From assembly GCF_009914755.1 (NCBI RefSeq), contig NC_060933.1: a stretch of 64,000 nt of DNA, one strand, 5' to 3'. Positions 1 through 16,838 of the stretch are shown here, piece after piece. The notes under the pieces were generated by a model. It saw nothing but the letters and a program-made list of their open reading frames with translations, searched no databases and was not told the DNA's origin. This DNA comes from the human T2T-CHM13v2.0 reference genome, Homo sapiens. The translations under genes and the position numbers were made by a program. Numbering within the stretch: the first letter of the stretch is position 1; each line of letters begins with the position of its first letter.

Positions 1-330
1 CTGTTTATAGACACTAGACGCTCAATTCACTGGGCTACCTGAGAAGTGCAAAGAATGTCTCCCAGGAACTGTCCATCAGGTTCTGGAGGGCCACCAGCTT
101 TCTTCCAGTGTTCTTTGAGCGTAGCTCCAGGGTATATTCATTAACAGCTGCACTTCTACTCAGGCCAAACAGATACCAGTCTTGAAAACATCCTGAAGCT
201 GAAAGTGAAAAGATGCTAGATGAGACATTGACTTTGTCCAGGAAGCTGACAGTGACAGAAAGTCTGAGTTCTAAAGGAAGCATCCAATGCAGATGCTGCT
301 TAAATTAGAGCTGGACTAAGGGAAATAATT
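1..330 (-). mobile_element. ERVL LTR16-like LTR fragment
   Basis: The minus strand reads ggacagttcctgggagacattctttgcacttctcag...gaattgagc, which resembles the LTR16 family core. This explains ORF 35..283. Confidence 0.45.
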
Positions 331-429
331 GAGCGTAGCAGAAGTATCTGCAACAGTAATCAAATGAGAATCAATGATAATACCCTAAAAAATTTTAGTG
401 GAGCATTTATTCACAAATATATTAAAATA

Positions 430-1187
430 TAGGAAGCAGACACTATAATCAAAATAATTTAGTAGTGGTATAGAAATACATAAAAACTAATGGAACAGAA
501 TGGAAAAAACATAATTAAATCCCTAAATATGACATGTTAATATATGAATATAAAAACATTGATGCAGTGGAAAATGGTGTACACTACTATAAATATTACT
601 AGATACAACATATTCAGCATGAAAGGAACATAGGTATCCCCAGCTTCATCATATTCAAAATTAAAATCTAGACAGGTGACATAGTTAAATAATTTGAAAA
701 AGAAATAAAGTTCCTGCAAGTAAATCTAGAAAACTAAATATTAATTATTTGAGTATAGAAAAGTCTTCTCTAACCAAGAATAAAATTGTAAAGCTATTGA
801 AAAAAATAATGTCTATAGGAAAAGACAGCATAAATTCTATCAATGAACAATTAATAGAAACAAAAAGTATCACAATAGAAGGACAAAAATTAATTTCTAT
901 GCTGTCCAAATTACTTCTTAGAGATTAACAAGAAAAAATAATGTAATAAAAAATGGCACAACGTTTTGAAACCCCCTTCCCACCACTGGAGGACACTAGG
1001 CAAATACGTGAGCTAATTCTGCATGTGAATCTACATTTAACTCAAAATAAAATATTTACTTAAAAATGTCACATATGAATTGATGTTCTAAAAAGGAAAA
1101 TTTTCAAAAGGCCAATGAAAAATGAAGAGATGCTCAAATTCAAGAGTAATCATATAGATGTAAATTATAAGTGCATTGAAATATCTC
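430..1187 (+). mobile_element. Old L1M ORF2 3' remnant
   Basis: Degenerate L1 phrases (aatggaacagaatgg; ggccaatgaaaaatgaagagatgctcaaattc) on an A-rich plus strand. Confidence 0.5.
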
Positions 1188-1569
<382 letters not shown>

Positions 1570-2354
1570 TCATATTTAGTGCTGCATTGTTCCAAGTAGA
1601 GAAACAAAGTGAAGGACAATAGGGTAATTTGGAAAAACTGCAAATAGAGCATATGTTATGATGAAAGTACGGTTAAAACTAAAGAGAATTCTTACCCAAC
1701 TTAGAAAAGCAAGATTTAAAAAAAGAGTGAAAAATTGTTAAACTTTTCTAAAACTTATGACTGCCAAATATGATAAAAATTTTGAGAAAAACATACTTGG
1801 TCATCACTATGGCTTACTTGTGTAAGGATGCAAAATTTTGCTGATGTGTGTTAGGAAGAGATGAGGATAGATGGGGTAAATATTTAAAGAAACAGCATTT
1901 TGACATGATTTTATTAACTAATGGTAAGATTGAAATTAATTTATATATGATTATAGGAATATAACTTTTTGCCTTGTGAAATTTTTCATGGTGAGGAATT
2001 ATTCTTTTTTATCTAAATTTTTATATTTTTCACATAATTATGCCTAACTTAAAACATATATGCTAAAATATCTTACGATAATTGCTGTAATATTTTTATT
2101 TTTCTAATAATATAAGCAACATGTTATAAAAATTAAATAAAATGGCTCTTGAGAAATAGTTCTAAATTTTGTATGGGATAATATACTTAAGAATTGAGAA
2201 AATCTGAACCAAAAAATACATGGTAAGGAGTAAATTAAAGCCTCCTTGAAAATATTATACACTTATATTTAAAACTACATGATGTTTTTAAGTAATAGGA
2301 AGATCAATGAACCAGAATAGAAAGCACAAATGTAAGTTTATGGCATATAAGGTG

Positions 2355-3031
2355 TGTAAACCAAAAACTATCTGAGACAACTCTTAATCAATTTAGAAGT
2401 TTATTTTGCCAAGGTTAAGGACATTCCTGTGCCACAGTCTTAGGAGGTCTTGACAACATGTGCCCAAGGTGGTCAGGCTACAGTTTGGTTTTATACATTT
2501 TAGGGAAACATAAGACATTAATCAACGCATGTAAGACATACATTGGTCAGTCCAGAAAGGCAGGACAACTCTCAAAGTGGTTGGTGAGGTGGGGGTGAGG
2601 AGTATGTCCAGGTCATAAGTGGGTTCAAATATTTTCTAATTGGTAATTGGATGAATTGGCTGGGAGAGTCTAAAGACCTCAGTCAATAGAAAGGAGGGTC
2701 TAGGTTAAGATAAGGGGTTGTGGAGACTAATGTTCTTATTATGCAGAGGAAGCCTCCACGTAGTAGGTAGGCTTCAGAGAGAAGAGCTTGTAAATGTTTC
2801 TTATAAGACTTAAAAAGTCTGTTCTGTCAGTCTTAAGGTGTCTATTTTAATGTTAAAACTGATCAGCTGTGCCTGAATTCCAACGGGAGGAAGATATAAT
2901 GAGGCATGTCCAACTACCCATTTTTATCATAGCCTGAACTAGTATTTCAAGTTTACTTTAGAATGCCCTTGGTCGACAGGATGGGTCCATTCCGTTGTTT
3001 GAGGGGTTTAGAATTTTATTTTTGGTTCACA
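2355..3031 (-). mobile_element. MER4A-type solo LTR (ERV1)
   Basis: tg...ca termini. The minus strand begins tgtgaaccaaaaataaaattctaa and has AATAAA near 2400. Flanks ggtg/gatg form an approximate 4-bp TSD. Confidence 0.85.
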
Positions 3032-3495
3032 GATGTAATATACAAAAAAGGTGATAGTTTAAATCATTTTAGGAAAGATAGCATATTATATGTAATACTG
3101 AGACTTTTTGCTGGCTGTTAGAAACATAAAGCTGTGCTTCTCTCTTGGCAATAAGGGAAGGAAAAAAAGGGGGTTTGAAAGAGGGGGGAATGAGAGATCG
3201 AGATGTAATATTAAAAGTGTTTAAGTAAATTATATTTTTATAATGGGGAATTTCTTTTATTATGTTACCAAAATGATATATCACAAAGGAAATTATTAAT
3301 AGACTTGACTACCACTAATGTCAGAAATACGTAAATACATAAAGAACCAAAAAACATAGAAAAACATGCATAAAGCCAAGGAAACATTTTTAACAAAATA
3401 CAATCTGGACAGGTAAATGTTATCACTAGCTCTGGATTTTGCAATTTTAGGTAACTTTAATTTTCTTTTAAATAATGTTTTATAGTTTTTGCTTC

Positions 3496-3918
3496 TGTAG
3501 TTTTGTTTTCCAGGGTTTCCACAACAAAGTACCACCAGTTGTGGCTGAAAACAATTGAAATCTATTCTCTCTCAGTTTTGGAAGCTAGCAGTCCAAAATC
3601 AAAGTGTCAGCTTTGAGAGAGAATCTGTTCCATGCCTCTCTCCTACCGTCTAGTAATTGTCGGCAATCCTTGGCCTTCCTTGGCTTTTAGACACATCACC
3701 CTAATCTCTATCTTCATACAACTTTCTCCTTGTGTTTGTGTATCTGTCTCCTTATTTAAGGATACCAGTGATTGGATTGAGGGCTTACGCTAATCCCTTA
3801 TGACCTCATCTTAACTTGATTGCATCTGCAAATGTCCTATTTCCAAATAGTTTATTAATAGGCATGAGGGTTTAGGACTTCAGCATACCATTTTGGGGGA
3901 CAAAAACACATGACATAA
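3496..3918 (-). mobile_element. MLT1A/B/C-type MaLR LTR
   Basis: acaaagtaccac...gataccagtgattggatt...tatgacctcatcttaacttgatt...tatttccaaata. Confidence 0.75.
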
Positions 3919-4676
3919 GGTAAATGTATACAATTGATATGGTAAAAATTTTTTTTCAAAAAGTAGTGTTAACCTTCTGATTTGTGCCAGCATAACACTC
4001 AAAGCTTAAAGTGCATCGTTCCCATGTAATTAATAAAGGGAAACACTGATACATGAATCCATTAAGCCATGTTTTGAAATCATTCATTTTTACTCTTGAT
4101 CATTGGTTTATTATTGGTTACAGTTCTCAATGTATTAGGTAAAATAAAAGATAGATTATGTCACAGAGTCAAGAAATTGATGTATATTGTATGCATATGT
4201 GTTTACATGCAAGAAAAGAGTAAAAAATATCTAACATGTGTTTAATAATTGCTTTAGGTTATACATTGTTATACATGATGTTTTTCTTTCAAAAATAATT
4301 TAGATTTTTTTGGAAACAAACTTACATCACATTGTGTAATCTTTAATGTTGTTAACAGTGCTCCCATCTCACACAGAGCACACTTCCACACATCTTCTGT
4401 TTCTCAAGTTGTCAGGAATAAATATGGTTAATTTATTCAACGTGCAACTTAAGGTGTTTTTCTCTGATACCACAATAAGTAAATGTCAATATGCCTTGTA
4501 AAACATTATATACACCCTGATAACCTTTTCAAACATTACTTGAGTTACTCATCCCATATTCTAAAGATTTCTTTCCCTAATATTTGCCATATAGGACCGT
4601 GGATATTAGAATGAATTGAGTCACTTATATGTTATTTTTTAAATATTTTCAGGCATATATATGTGTGAAAACTCTT

Positions 4677-8148
<3,472 letters not shown>

Positions 8149-9327
8149 GAAAATTCTTAAAAGAAGCAGTGAAGATGAAGCCTAATCAAAATAATAGGTA
8201 GAAACTCTACATGAGATGATGCCTGGTTTTTGTTAATTTTCATAATATGGTTTCTATAGAATAATAAAGGAAAAATTTATTAGTAGTATCTTTTTTTAAC
8301 CAATAATTTTAGTGTAGAGATCAAAGAGTGGTTCCACTGAAGTGTCCTAGAGGTGCTGAGAAATTGATGTTTATTTGAAATATCTGGACAGCCAACAAGG
8401 TACAGAGGACCTGCCTCTGTGTGTGCTGGATGCTGGGAGTCAGAGGAGAGGCAGAAACCCTAGTCAATCATCCTGGTGTCTGTGTTTGGGCTGAATAGAG
8501 AGCTCTGCTCACTGAAAGCTTGAGCGCCTTTGTCACTGGCAGGCATTATTTTACTGTCAAACGTTATGAAAGAGAGGAAAATGCAGGGAGGCCCCTTTTT
8601 AGAATTGGGTTTTCAGTGCAGCTGTGCTCATATTTAAAAATTATTCTATGATTTTTCAATTTACTCTCCTCTGTGGCTGAGAATGCTTGAGGGTTGTGCT
8701 GAAGAGAGATTAGAGTCAGGTAATACAAACTAAAAAAGAAGTTACACTTGTTTTCTGCTATGGTCGATATGAAAAATTATTCTACTTGGATGAATAGAAA
8801 CCTAATGTTCTGAGAAACACAGGCATGATAAAATGTAAATTAGATGGCCCTATTATATTCAAAGGGAAATTCAAGTTATATTTAGAATTGGGCTCTTTCC
8901 AGATGCAACTGAATGACAAGCCCTGTGTGTCCCAAAAGAAACAATTCCTATAGACAGAAAAAAAGGAATAAGGCCTATATCTTTATTCCTCGTTTTATGG
9001 TGCATGGTGAAACTTTTGGAAGCTAATCATTTTTACGTATCATAACTACTGCAGTAGCATTTACCAAACACATTTCCCAAAAAAACTGTAATCTGAGAAA
9101 CCCTTGTTTTCTGATAACTATTACTAGGATCCTGTAGCCAAAAATTGCCCCCAAAAAGCATTAATGTTGGTAACATACTTATTCTAGTAATTTGTTTTTG
9201 ACATATATATAATTTATATACTTATTTACTTGCCTTTACTTGATGAACAACCCTCTGAGAGTTCCAGATGTTAGATGAGAGATGGAGAGACAGCCTGCTG
9301 CTTTGAGTCCCAATATCTCAATAGACA

Positions 9328-9465
9328 AATAATAAGAGCAACTGACACGTAACATGCAGTCACTGCCAGGCCCCTGATTTAAGCTGTTTACATATTAATT
9401 CCTTTAATCCTCACAATATGTGAGGTGGGTGATGTAACTACCCCCATACCAAAATGTGAAGCTAT
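9328..9465 (-). mobile_element. MIR fragment
   Basis: tttacatattaattcctttaatcctcacaa...gaggtgggt core. Confidence 0.55.
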
Positions 9466-9477
9466 CCACCCCTTGGT

Positions 9478-10230
9478 GAAAGGACAGTAATTTAGATAAA
9501 TGGATCAAAATAGAAAGATGTTCATACAAACATAGTCACCTGATTTTCAACAAAGGTGCAAAGTTGGTGCAATTCAATGGGAAAAGGTTATGTTTCTCAA
9601 CAAATGGTGCTAAAACAATACAACCACTAAATGCAAAGATTGAACCTTGACATACAAAGTAATAAAACTTCAGGAATAGTACATTGGAGATAATATTTGT
9701 GACCTCAGACTCAGCAGAGTTTTTAGATACATCACCAAAAGCAGGACCCATAAAAGAAAAAAAAATGTAATTTGAACTTTATCAAAATTAGAAACTTGTA
9801 TTGCTAGTTTTTAATTTTCTATTAAGAAAATGAAAGAAAAGGTGAAGACTTAGAAGAAGACATGTATAAATCATATTTATGGCTAAATACTTGAATCCAG
9901 AGTATATAAATAATGATAAAATCAATAATAGGATACAAATCAATAAATAACTGACAAAGACTTGAGACTTATTCACAAAGAGAACATATTTCATGGGTGG
10001 CAGATAGACTTATGAAAAGATGTTCAGCATCAATAATTACGGGGGAAATGCAAGTTGAAGTCACAATGACATACCACTGCGTACTTATTAGAATTGCTAA
10101 AAATAGCATAACATAAAATTGATATTAACAAGTGCTAAAAAGGAGGTGGAACAACTGAAACTCTTATGCATTACTGGTAGGACAATCAAACAGCATAGGC
10201 AATTTGTAAGACAAATTGGCAGTTTTGCAA
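9478..10230 (+). mobile_element. L1M (L1MC/MD-like) ORF2 3' remnant
   Basis: ctgattttcaacaaaggtgcaaag; caacaaatggtgct; atgaaaagatgttcagcatc; gtggaacaactgaaactct. Confidence 0.7.
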
Positions 10231-10324
10231 TTTATTTTTAAGTTTTGTTTTGAATTATAAAAAATGAAATTACATTTTGAAATTTTTGTTCAAGTTCAAA
10301 TCATTTAAGCAACAACATAAATAA

Positions 10325-11070
10325 AGAAGTATTGGGTTATAACCCAAAGTAAAAATAAACATTCATGAGTCCATACTGATATAAACAAATGATTGAATGA
10401 ATAACAAAAGGCTTACTTCAGGGAGTAGAAAGGAGATGGGGGAAAGGGAGAGTTTGGTCAATGGGTGTAAAATTACAGATAGATAGAAAGAATAAGTTAC
10501 AATTTTCTATTTCACCGTAGGGTGTATGTATTAGTCCATTTTCACATTGCTGATATACCCAAGACTGTAAAGAAAAAGAGGTTTAATTGGACTTACAGTT
10601 CCACATGGCTAGGGAGGTCCCAGAATCATGGCGGAAGTGAAAGGCACTTCTCACATGGCAGTGGGAAGAGAAAAATGAGGAAGATGCAAAACCATCAGAT
10701 CTCGTGAGACTTATTCACTACAATGAGAACAGTGTGGGGGGAACCACCCCCATGATTCAAATTATCTCCCACAGGGTCCCTCCCAAAACATGTGGGAGTT
10801 ATGGGAGTACAATTCAAGTATGAGAGTACCCCCAATTCAATCATGGGAGTAAAATGGAAGATGACACGGAGCCAAACCATGTCAGTAGTGCAAAATAGCT
10901 AGAAGAGAGGATTTTGAATGTTGTCAACACAAGGAAATGATAAATGTTTGAGGTGATAGATTTGCTAATTACCCTGATTTACTCATACAATCTATACATG
11001 TAGCAAAACATCACATGGAACACCATCAATATGTACAATCATGTGTCAATTAAAAAATAAAACTTAAAAC
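10325..11070 (+). mobile_element. L1MD and L1MA 3'-end fragments (L1MA split by THE1A)
   Basis: gggttataacccaaagt...gagtccatactgatataaa (L1MD-like); aaaatagctagaagagaggattttgaatg...aattaccctgattt (L1MA-like). Confidence 0.65.
10527..10884 (-). mobile_element. THE1A-type MaLR solo LTR
   Basis: tgtattagtccattttcac...aagaggtttaattggacttacagttccacatggct...gccaaaccatgtca. Confidence 0.87.
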
Positions 11071-11077
11071 ATAACAT

Positions 11078-11170
11078 AATTTGCAGATGTGCTTGAGGTT
11101 AAAGATCTTAAGATCGGGGGGTGGATTTTCCTGGATTATCTGTGTGTATCCAATTTATTCACATGAGTCC
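11078..11170 (+). mobile_element. MLT1 (D/E/F-like) fragment
   Basis: tttgcagatgtg...gattttcctggattatctg...atccaatttattcacatgagtcc. Confidence 0.45.
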
Positions 11171-11561
11171 AATTTTTTTTCATTGTCTGCATTATTTATC
11201 TATAAATAAATGAGGTATATTAAATTTTTTTCATTATGACAGTTTTTGACACATTGTAATATAGTCCTGTAAATGTTTTACTTTATATGTTGGCTTAGAA
11301 CCATACATGTTTAGAATTTTTGGTCTTCCTGGCAATTTGACATTTTCATCAATATGTAGAGATTTTGAATCTTCACTAATACTTTTTGTCTGAAATTCTA
11401 TTTTTCAGTTATTAACATAACTTCACCCTTTTTTTTGTTGGTATTTACCTGTTATATCTTTTTCTTTCAGCTTTCTGTTTCTGACTGTTGGTTTTGGTGA
11501 CTGTCTTGTACTTCACATATATCTGGATTTTTTAAAAAACACTAATAAATACTACCTTTAA

Positions 11562-11911
<350 letters not shown>

Positions 11912-12019
11912 ATGTTTAGTTTACTTACTTCTTTTTGTACATAAAGGGCTGTGAGTTCATGCTCCTCATTACATTAAGTGGTAGGTTTACTAAATATGTT
12001 ATAGTAATTGCTCATAAAA

Positions 12020-12770
12020 AGTTAACTGCGGCAATTTATATACTATTAATCATCAGATTTTGAGTACAATTTGATGGGCTTTGAAAGTGTATAATCTCAT
12101 GAAACTAACAACCCAATCAAGACATAACAGCATTTCCACGATTCCCAGAAAGTTCCTTTATACCCCTTTCTAGTTAATTCTTCAGCATCAAGGCAATCAC
12201 AGTTCTGATTTCCATCACAGTGATAGCTGAAATTTTTTTTTAAGTATTTCATATAAATAGAGTAAATAAACTTCTCTATCTGGCTTTGTAACATGTTTGG
12301 TTTTGAATTTCATTCATGTTTTTATACTAATAATATGTTCATTTTTATAGCTTACTGTGCTAATAAACCACAGTTTATTTATCTACTCACCCCTTAATTG
12401 ACATTGGAGTTGCTTCCGTATTTGGACTATTATGCATAAGCTGCTATGAACATTTTTACAAGGGCTTTTTTAGACATGTTTTCTTTTTGATGGGTAAACA
12501 AATATTTAATGTTATAAGAAACTGCCAAGTTGTTTTGAAAGGATGATACTAAAATCTCACCAGCAATAAATAAAATTTCTGCTCTGTACATCTTCACAAG
12601 GATTTATTGTTGTCAGATGTCTTAATTTTAGCCATTGTAGGGAATATATAATGTTATTTCACTATCGTTGTAATTGATACTTCCCTCATTACTAATGGTA
12701 GCGAGCACTTTTTCATGCAATTGCTTGCCACTTATATCTTCCTTTGTAAATCTATCTTTGAAGTTTTTTG
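12020..12770 (-). mobile_element. L1ME/L1MC 3' region
   Basis: aatcaagacataacagcatttcc...cccagaaagttcc; agctgctatgaacatt; aagaaactgccaa. Confidence 0.7.
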
Positions 12771-13020
12771 CCTGATGGTAAATTCACATAGCATTTTCTG
12801 AAATGTTTATTATTTTATATTTTTGTCCCTGATAGATCAGTTCACTAGGTGTGCAATTCTAAATTGAGTTTTGTGGATTTTTGTCCTCTCGTGCTGAAAA
12901 CATGGTTTAATTTAATTCTAGAGTCAACTGATCTTATTTGAGAAGTTGTCAGGTTGTCATTCATTAATAACTAATATTTCTTTTTTATTTGGCTTCTTTT
13001 GTTTCTAGGTATGGGTTTTT

Positions 13021-13322
13021 GTTTGTTTGTTTTGTTTTTTTGAGATGGAGTCTCGCTCTGTTGCCCAGGCTGGAGTGTAGTGGCATGCTCTCGGCTCCCT
13101 GCACCCTCTGCCTCCCGGGTTCGAGCGATTCTCCTGCCTCAGCCTCCTGAGTAGCTGGGATTACAGACATGCTCCACCATGCCCAGTTAATTTTTGTATT
13201 TTTAGTAGAGACGGGGTTTCATCGTGTTAAGTCAGGCTGGTATCCAACTCCTGACCTCATGATCTGCCTGCCTCAGCCTCCCAAAGTGCTGGAATTACAG
13301 GCACGAGCCACCACGCCTGGCC
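13021..13322 (-). mobile_element. AluS (Sg-like)
   Basis: Full dimer. TSD taggtatgggttttt (13006-13020) / taggtacgggttttt (13323-13337). Confidence 0.92.
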
Positions 13323-14157
13323 TAGGTACGGGTTTTTTACTTGCTTCAGATTCCCTAGTATCTCCAAATTGCGAAGTATGATTTAATCATTTAAAGACAA
13401 TCTCTCCAATTTTAAGTCTCTTCAATAATTGCATTTTCATGGCCCTCTTTTTCTCTTTACTTAAATAAGTATCTTATAGTTTATATGATTATATTAATTG
13501 CAATCTGTGATTATTTGTTTGATTGTAGTAGAAGCTATTCATTTCCCTCCCCCCACTTCCTCATATTTCTCATATCTGTCAGATCCTACTATTTCTATGT
13601 GTTCTAGATACTTAATATCTATAAATCTATGTCTGAGTTGTTTATTTTGCTAAACAAAAACAACAAACAAATAAACAAAAACAGAGAAGAAAGACTATCT
13701 GTTCTGCTCACTTAATGGCAGGCCTAAGGTGGTGGAATTGGGACTATCTAGATACAACACGCAATAACTTTTAAACAGTAATTTTTCTTTAAATACCCCA
13801 AAGCGTCTCATCTCTCACATGGGATAATTCTTTGATGTGAGTTTTATTCTATTTTTAAAATTTTCCCATGGGATTAATTTTAATTTTGATTAAATTTTTA
13901 TTTTCATAGGTTATTGGGGAACAGGTGGTGTTTGGTTACATGAGTAAGTTCTTTAGTGGTGATTTGTAAACCCATTGTGTCATTCTTATGCTTTCTCATC
14001 CTCATAGCTTAGCTCCCACTTACGAATGAGAACATACGATGTTTAGTTTCCCATTCCTGGGTTATTTCACTTAGAATAATAGTCTCGAATCTTATCCAGG
14101 TTTTTGTGACTCCCATTAATTCATTCCTTTTTATGGCTGAGTCATATTCCCTCATGT

Positions 14158-14438
14158 TCCCCAAACACTGCATGTTCTCACTCATAAGTGGGAATTGAAC
14201 AATGAGAACACATGGACACAGGGAGGGGAACATCACACACTGGGGCCTGTCAGCGGGTGGGGGGCAAGGGGAGAGAGAACATTAGGACAAATACCTAAAG
14301 CATGCAGGGCTTAAAACCTAGATGACAGATTGATAGGTGCAGCAAACCACCATGGCACATGTATACCTATGTCACAAACCTGCACGTTCTGCATATGTAT
14401 TCCAGAACTTAAAGTAAAATTAAAAAAAAAAAAAAAAA
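14158..14438 (+). mobile_element. L1PA8-type 3' end
   Basis: cattaggacaaatacctaaagcatgcagggcttaaaacctagatgac with a poly(A) tail. No TSD. Confidence 0.87.
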
Positions 14439-14635
14439 GAAATCTCCACACTGTTTTTCGTAGTGGTTGTACTAGTTTACGTTCCCACCAGCAGTGTAGA
14501 AATGTTTCCCGATCACCGCATCCACGCCGACATCTATTTTTTTTTTTTTATGGCCATTCTTGCAGGAGTAAGGTGATATCACATTGTGGTTTTGATTTGC
14601 ATTTCCCTCATTATTAGTGATATGGAGCCCTTTTT

Positions 14636-15021
14636 AAAATATATATTATATATATATATAATTATACTTTAAGTTCTAGGGTACATGTGCACAACGTACA
14701 GGTTTGTTACATATGTATACATGTGCCATGTTGGTGTGCTGCACCCAGTAACACCCAGTAACTCGTCATTTACATTAGGTATATCTCCTAATACTATCCC
14801 TCCCCCCTCCCACACTCCACAACAGGCCCCGGTGTGTGATGTTCCCCTTCCTGTGTCCAAATGTTCTCATTGTTCAGTTCCCACCTATGAGTGAGAACAT
14901 GCAGTGTTTGTTTTTTTGTCCTTGCGATAGTTTGCTGAGAATGATGGTTTCCAGCTTCATCCATGCCCCTACAAAGGACATGAACTCATCATTTTTATGG
15001 CTGCATAGTATTCCATGGTAT
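14636..15021 (-). mobile_element. L1PA4-type 3' end
   Basis: ttatactttaagttctagggtacatgtgcacaacg, with a TA-rich tail. Degenerate TSD tatggagcccttttt / tatggggcatttttt. Confidence 0.9.
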
Positions 15022-16529
15022 GGGGCATTTTTTATATGTTTGTTGGCCATTTGTGTATCTTCTTTTGGGAATTGTCTATTCATGTCCTTAGCCCACTTTT
15101 TGATGGGATTGTTTGTTTTTTTCTTGACTATTTGTTTGAGTTTGTTGTAGATTCTGGATATTAGTCCTTTGTCAGATATATAGACTGTGAAGGTTTTCTC
15201 ACTTCCTGTGTTTGTTGGCTGCCCCCCACCCCCCACTTTTCTGTAACAGTTTCTCCATGCCAATCAATATTCCCTGCACTTCACAAATCTGCTACTTGCT
15301 TTCCTGCAAATTCCCAGTTTCTGCTTCTGGGAGTATCTAAACTAACAAATTGAGTTCATGTTACCATGCTTAACACATCACATCTGATTTTCCAGATATG
15401 AATCAGGGCTTAGCTTCTGAGAAGTTAGTGTACATATAGTCTTCTGATACGTTTTGATTATGGAATAGACATTCCACTTTAGCATATGTTTTGGTGTAAA
15501 GTTCTGTTAATTCCCACATATTCATATTTTACTTGCCCTCTCCATGGCTATTCAGAACTCCCCAAGGTGTAGTGTTCTTTTTTTTCTCCTAAACTGCATT
15601 TATATAACTGATAATCATTGATCAAATTTGTGGAATTATTTGACTAGCCTACGATTTTCTGGTGGACGAATAAGATTTAAAAAAAAAAAGGAGGCTTTCT
15701 ACACAGCTTTATTTGTCCCCAAACTCTTCAATAAATAAGAGTTGAAAAATGATTAATAAATAGGTGTGTGTTTTTCTCAAACTGACTCTGAAACTTAATA
15801 TTTTAGAATGATATTTTTGCGGTCACTTTGCATGTTTACACTATTTTCCCATCAGTACAGAAAAATAAAATATTTAAATATCTATTCAATTATATCTGGC
15901 CTTGTTTTCAAAGGCATTTTTGAAAATTTCTAAGGAAACAAAATAAAACAAGATATGGTAAACTACAAATAGGCCTTGAAAGAGGGAGTAAGATATGAAA
16001 GTGAATGAAAATAAAGACAAAATGTATACATTCGAGGCCCATGGCTCATTTATTTTCTGTGACTCAGAAATTTAGCTGTAATGTACCTTTAGCAAATTTA
16101 GAGATTACCCAGTTAAGTATTGTTATTCCTGATAAGCAAAACAGAATATTCAGAAAGAGAATATTTGTTAATATATGCAAAATTGGTTCTATAACATTTT
16201 ATATACATAGCAATAATTTTCATAAATTCTTTCAGACAAATGATTGGAATTTTCTTAAAACACAGAGATTAAATAGTTTTTAATATAGTTTAGTTATATA
16301 TTTCATTAGTATAATGACATAATTTAGCAAAAGATTTAGAACTTATTAAGGAACATATTCATTGCTTTTAATATCTTATATTAATTATCTTTAGATTTTT
16401 ATCAAAAATTATTTCACCATGTTTGATTTTCAAATCCAAAAGTGATATAGAATACATAAACATACAATTGACAAACAAAAGTGTTTTATTGGCTTTGGAT
16501 AAACGTATATTATTTTAATAGTCAGCAAG

Positions 16530-16838
16530 GGCCAGGCCCAGTGGCTCAGGTCTGTAATGCCAGCACGTTGGGAGGCCAAGACAGGAGGCTAACTTTAGTC
16601 CAGGAGTTTGAGATCAGCCTGGGAAACATAGCAGGACCTTGCTCCCCCAAAAATAAAAATTCAAAAACTAGCAGTCATGGTGATGTGTATCTGTAGTCTT
16701 AGTTATTCAGGAGGCTGAGGGGGAAGGATTACTTGAACCCAGCAGTTTAAGGTTGCAGTGAGCTAAAGCACTAGCATGCCACAGCACTTCAACCTGGGCA
16801 GCAGAGTGACCCTGACTCAAGAAAAAAAAAAAAAAAAA
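16530..16838 (+). mobile_element. AluJ
   Basis: Diverged dimer with J-type ccaggagtttgagatcagcctgggaaacatagcaggacc and an A tail. Confidence 0.88.

Larger units (their letters stand above)
13893..15225 (-). mobile_element. L1PB1-type 3' fragment, interrupted twice
   Basis: ggggaacaggtggtgtttggttacatgagtaagttctttagtggtgatttg. Resumes at ~14439-14635 and ~15022-15225. Confidence 0.85.

Noticed and set aside
35-283. 82-aa ORF as a host gene exon or processed pseudogene
   Set aside because: No recognisable protein, and the sequence resembles an LTR16-type LTR.
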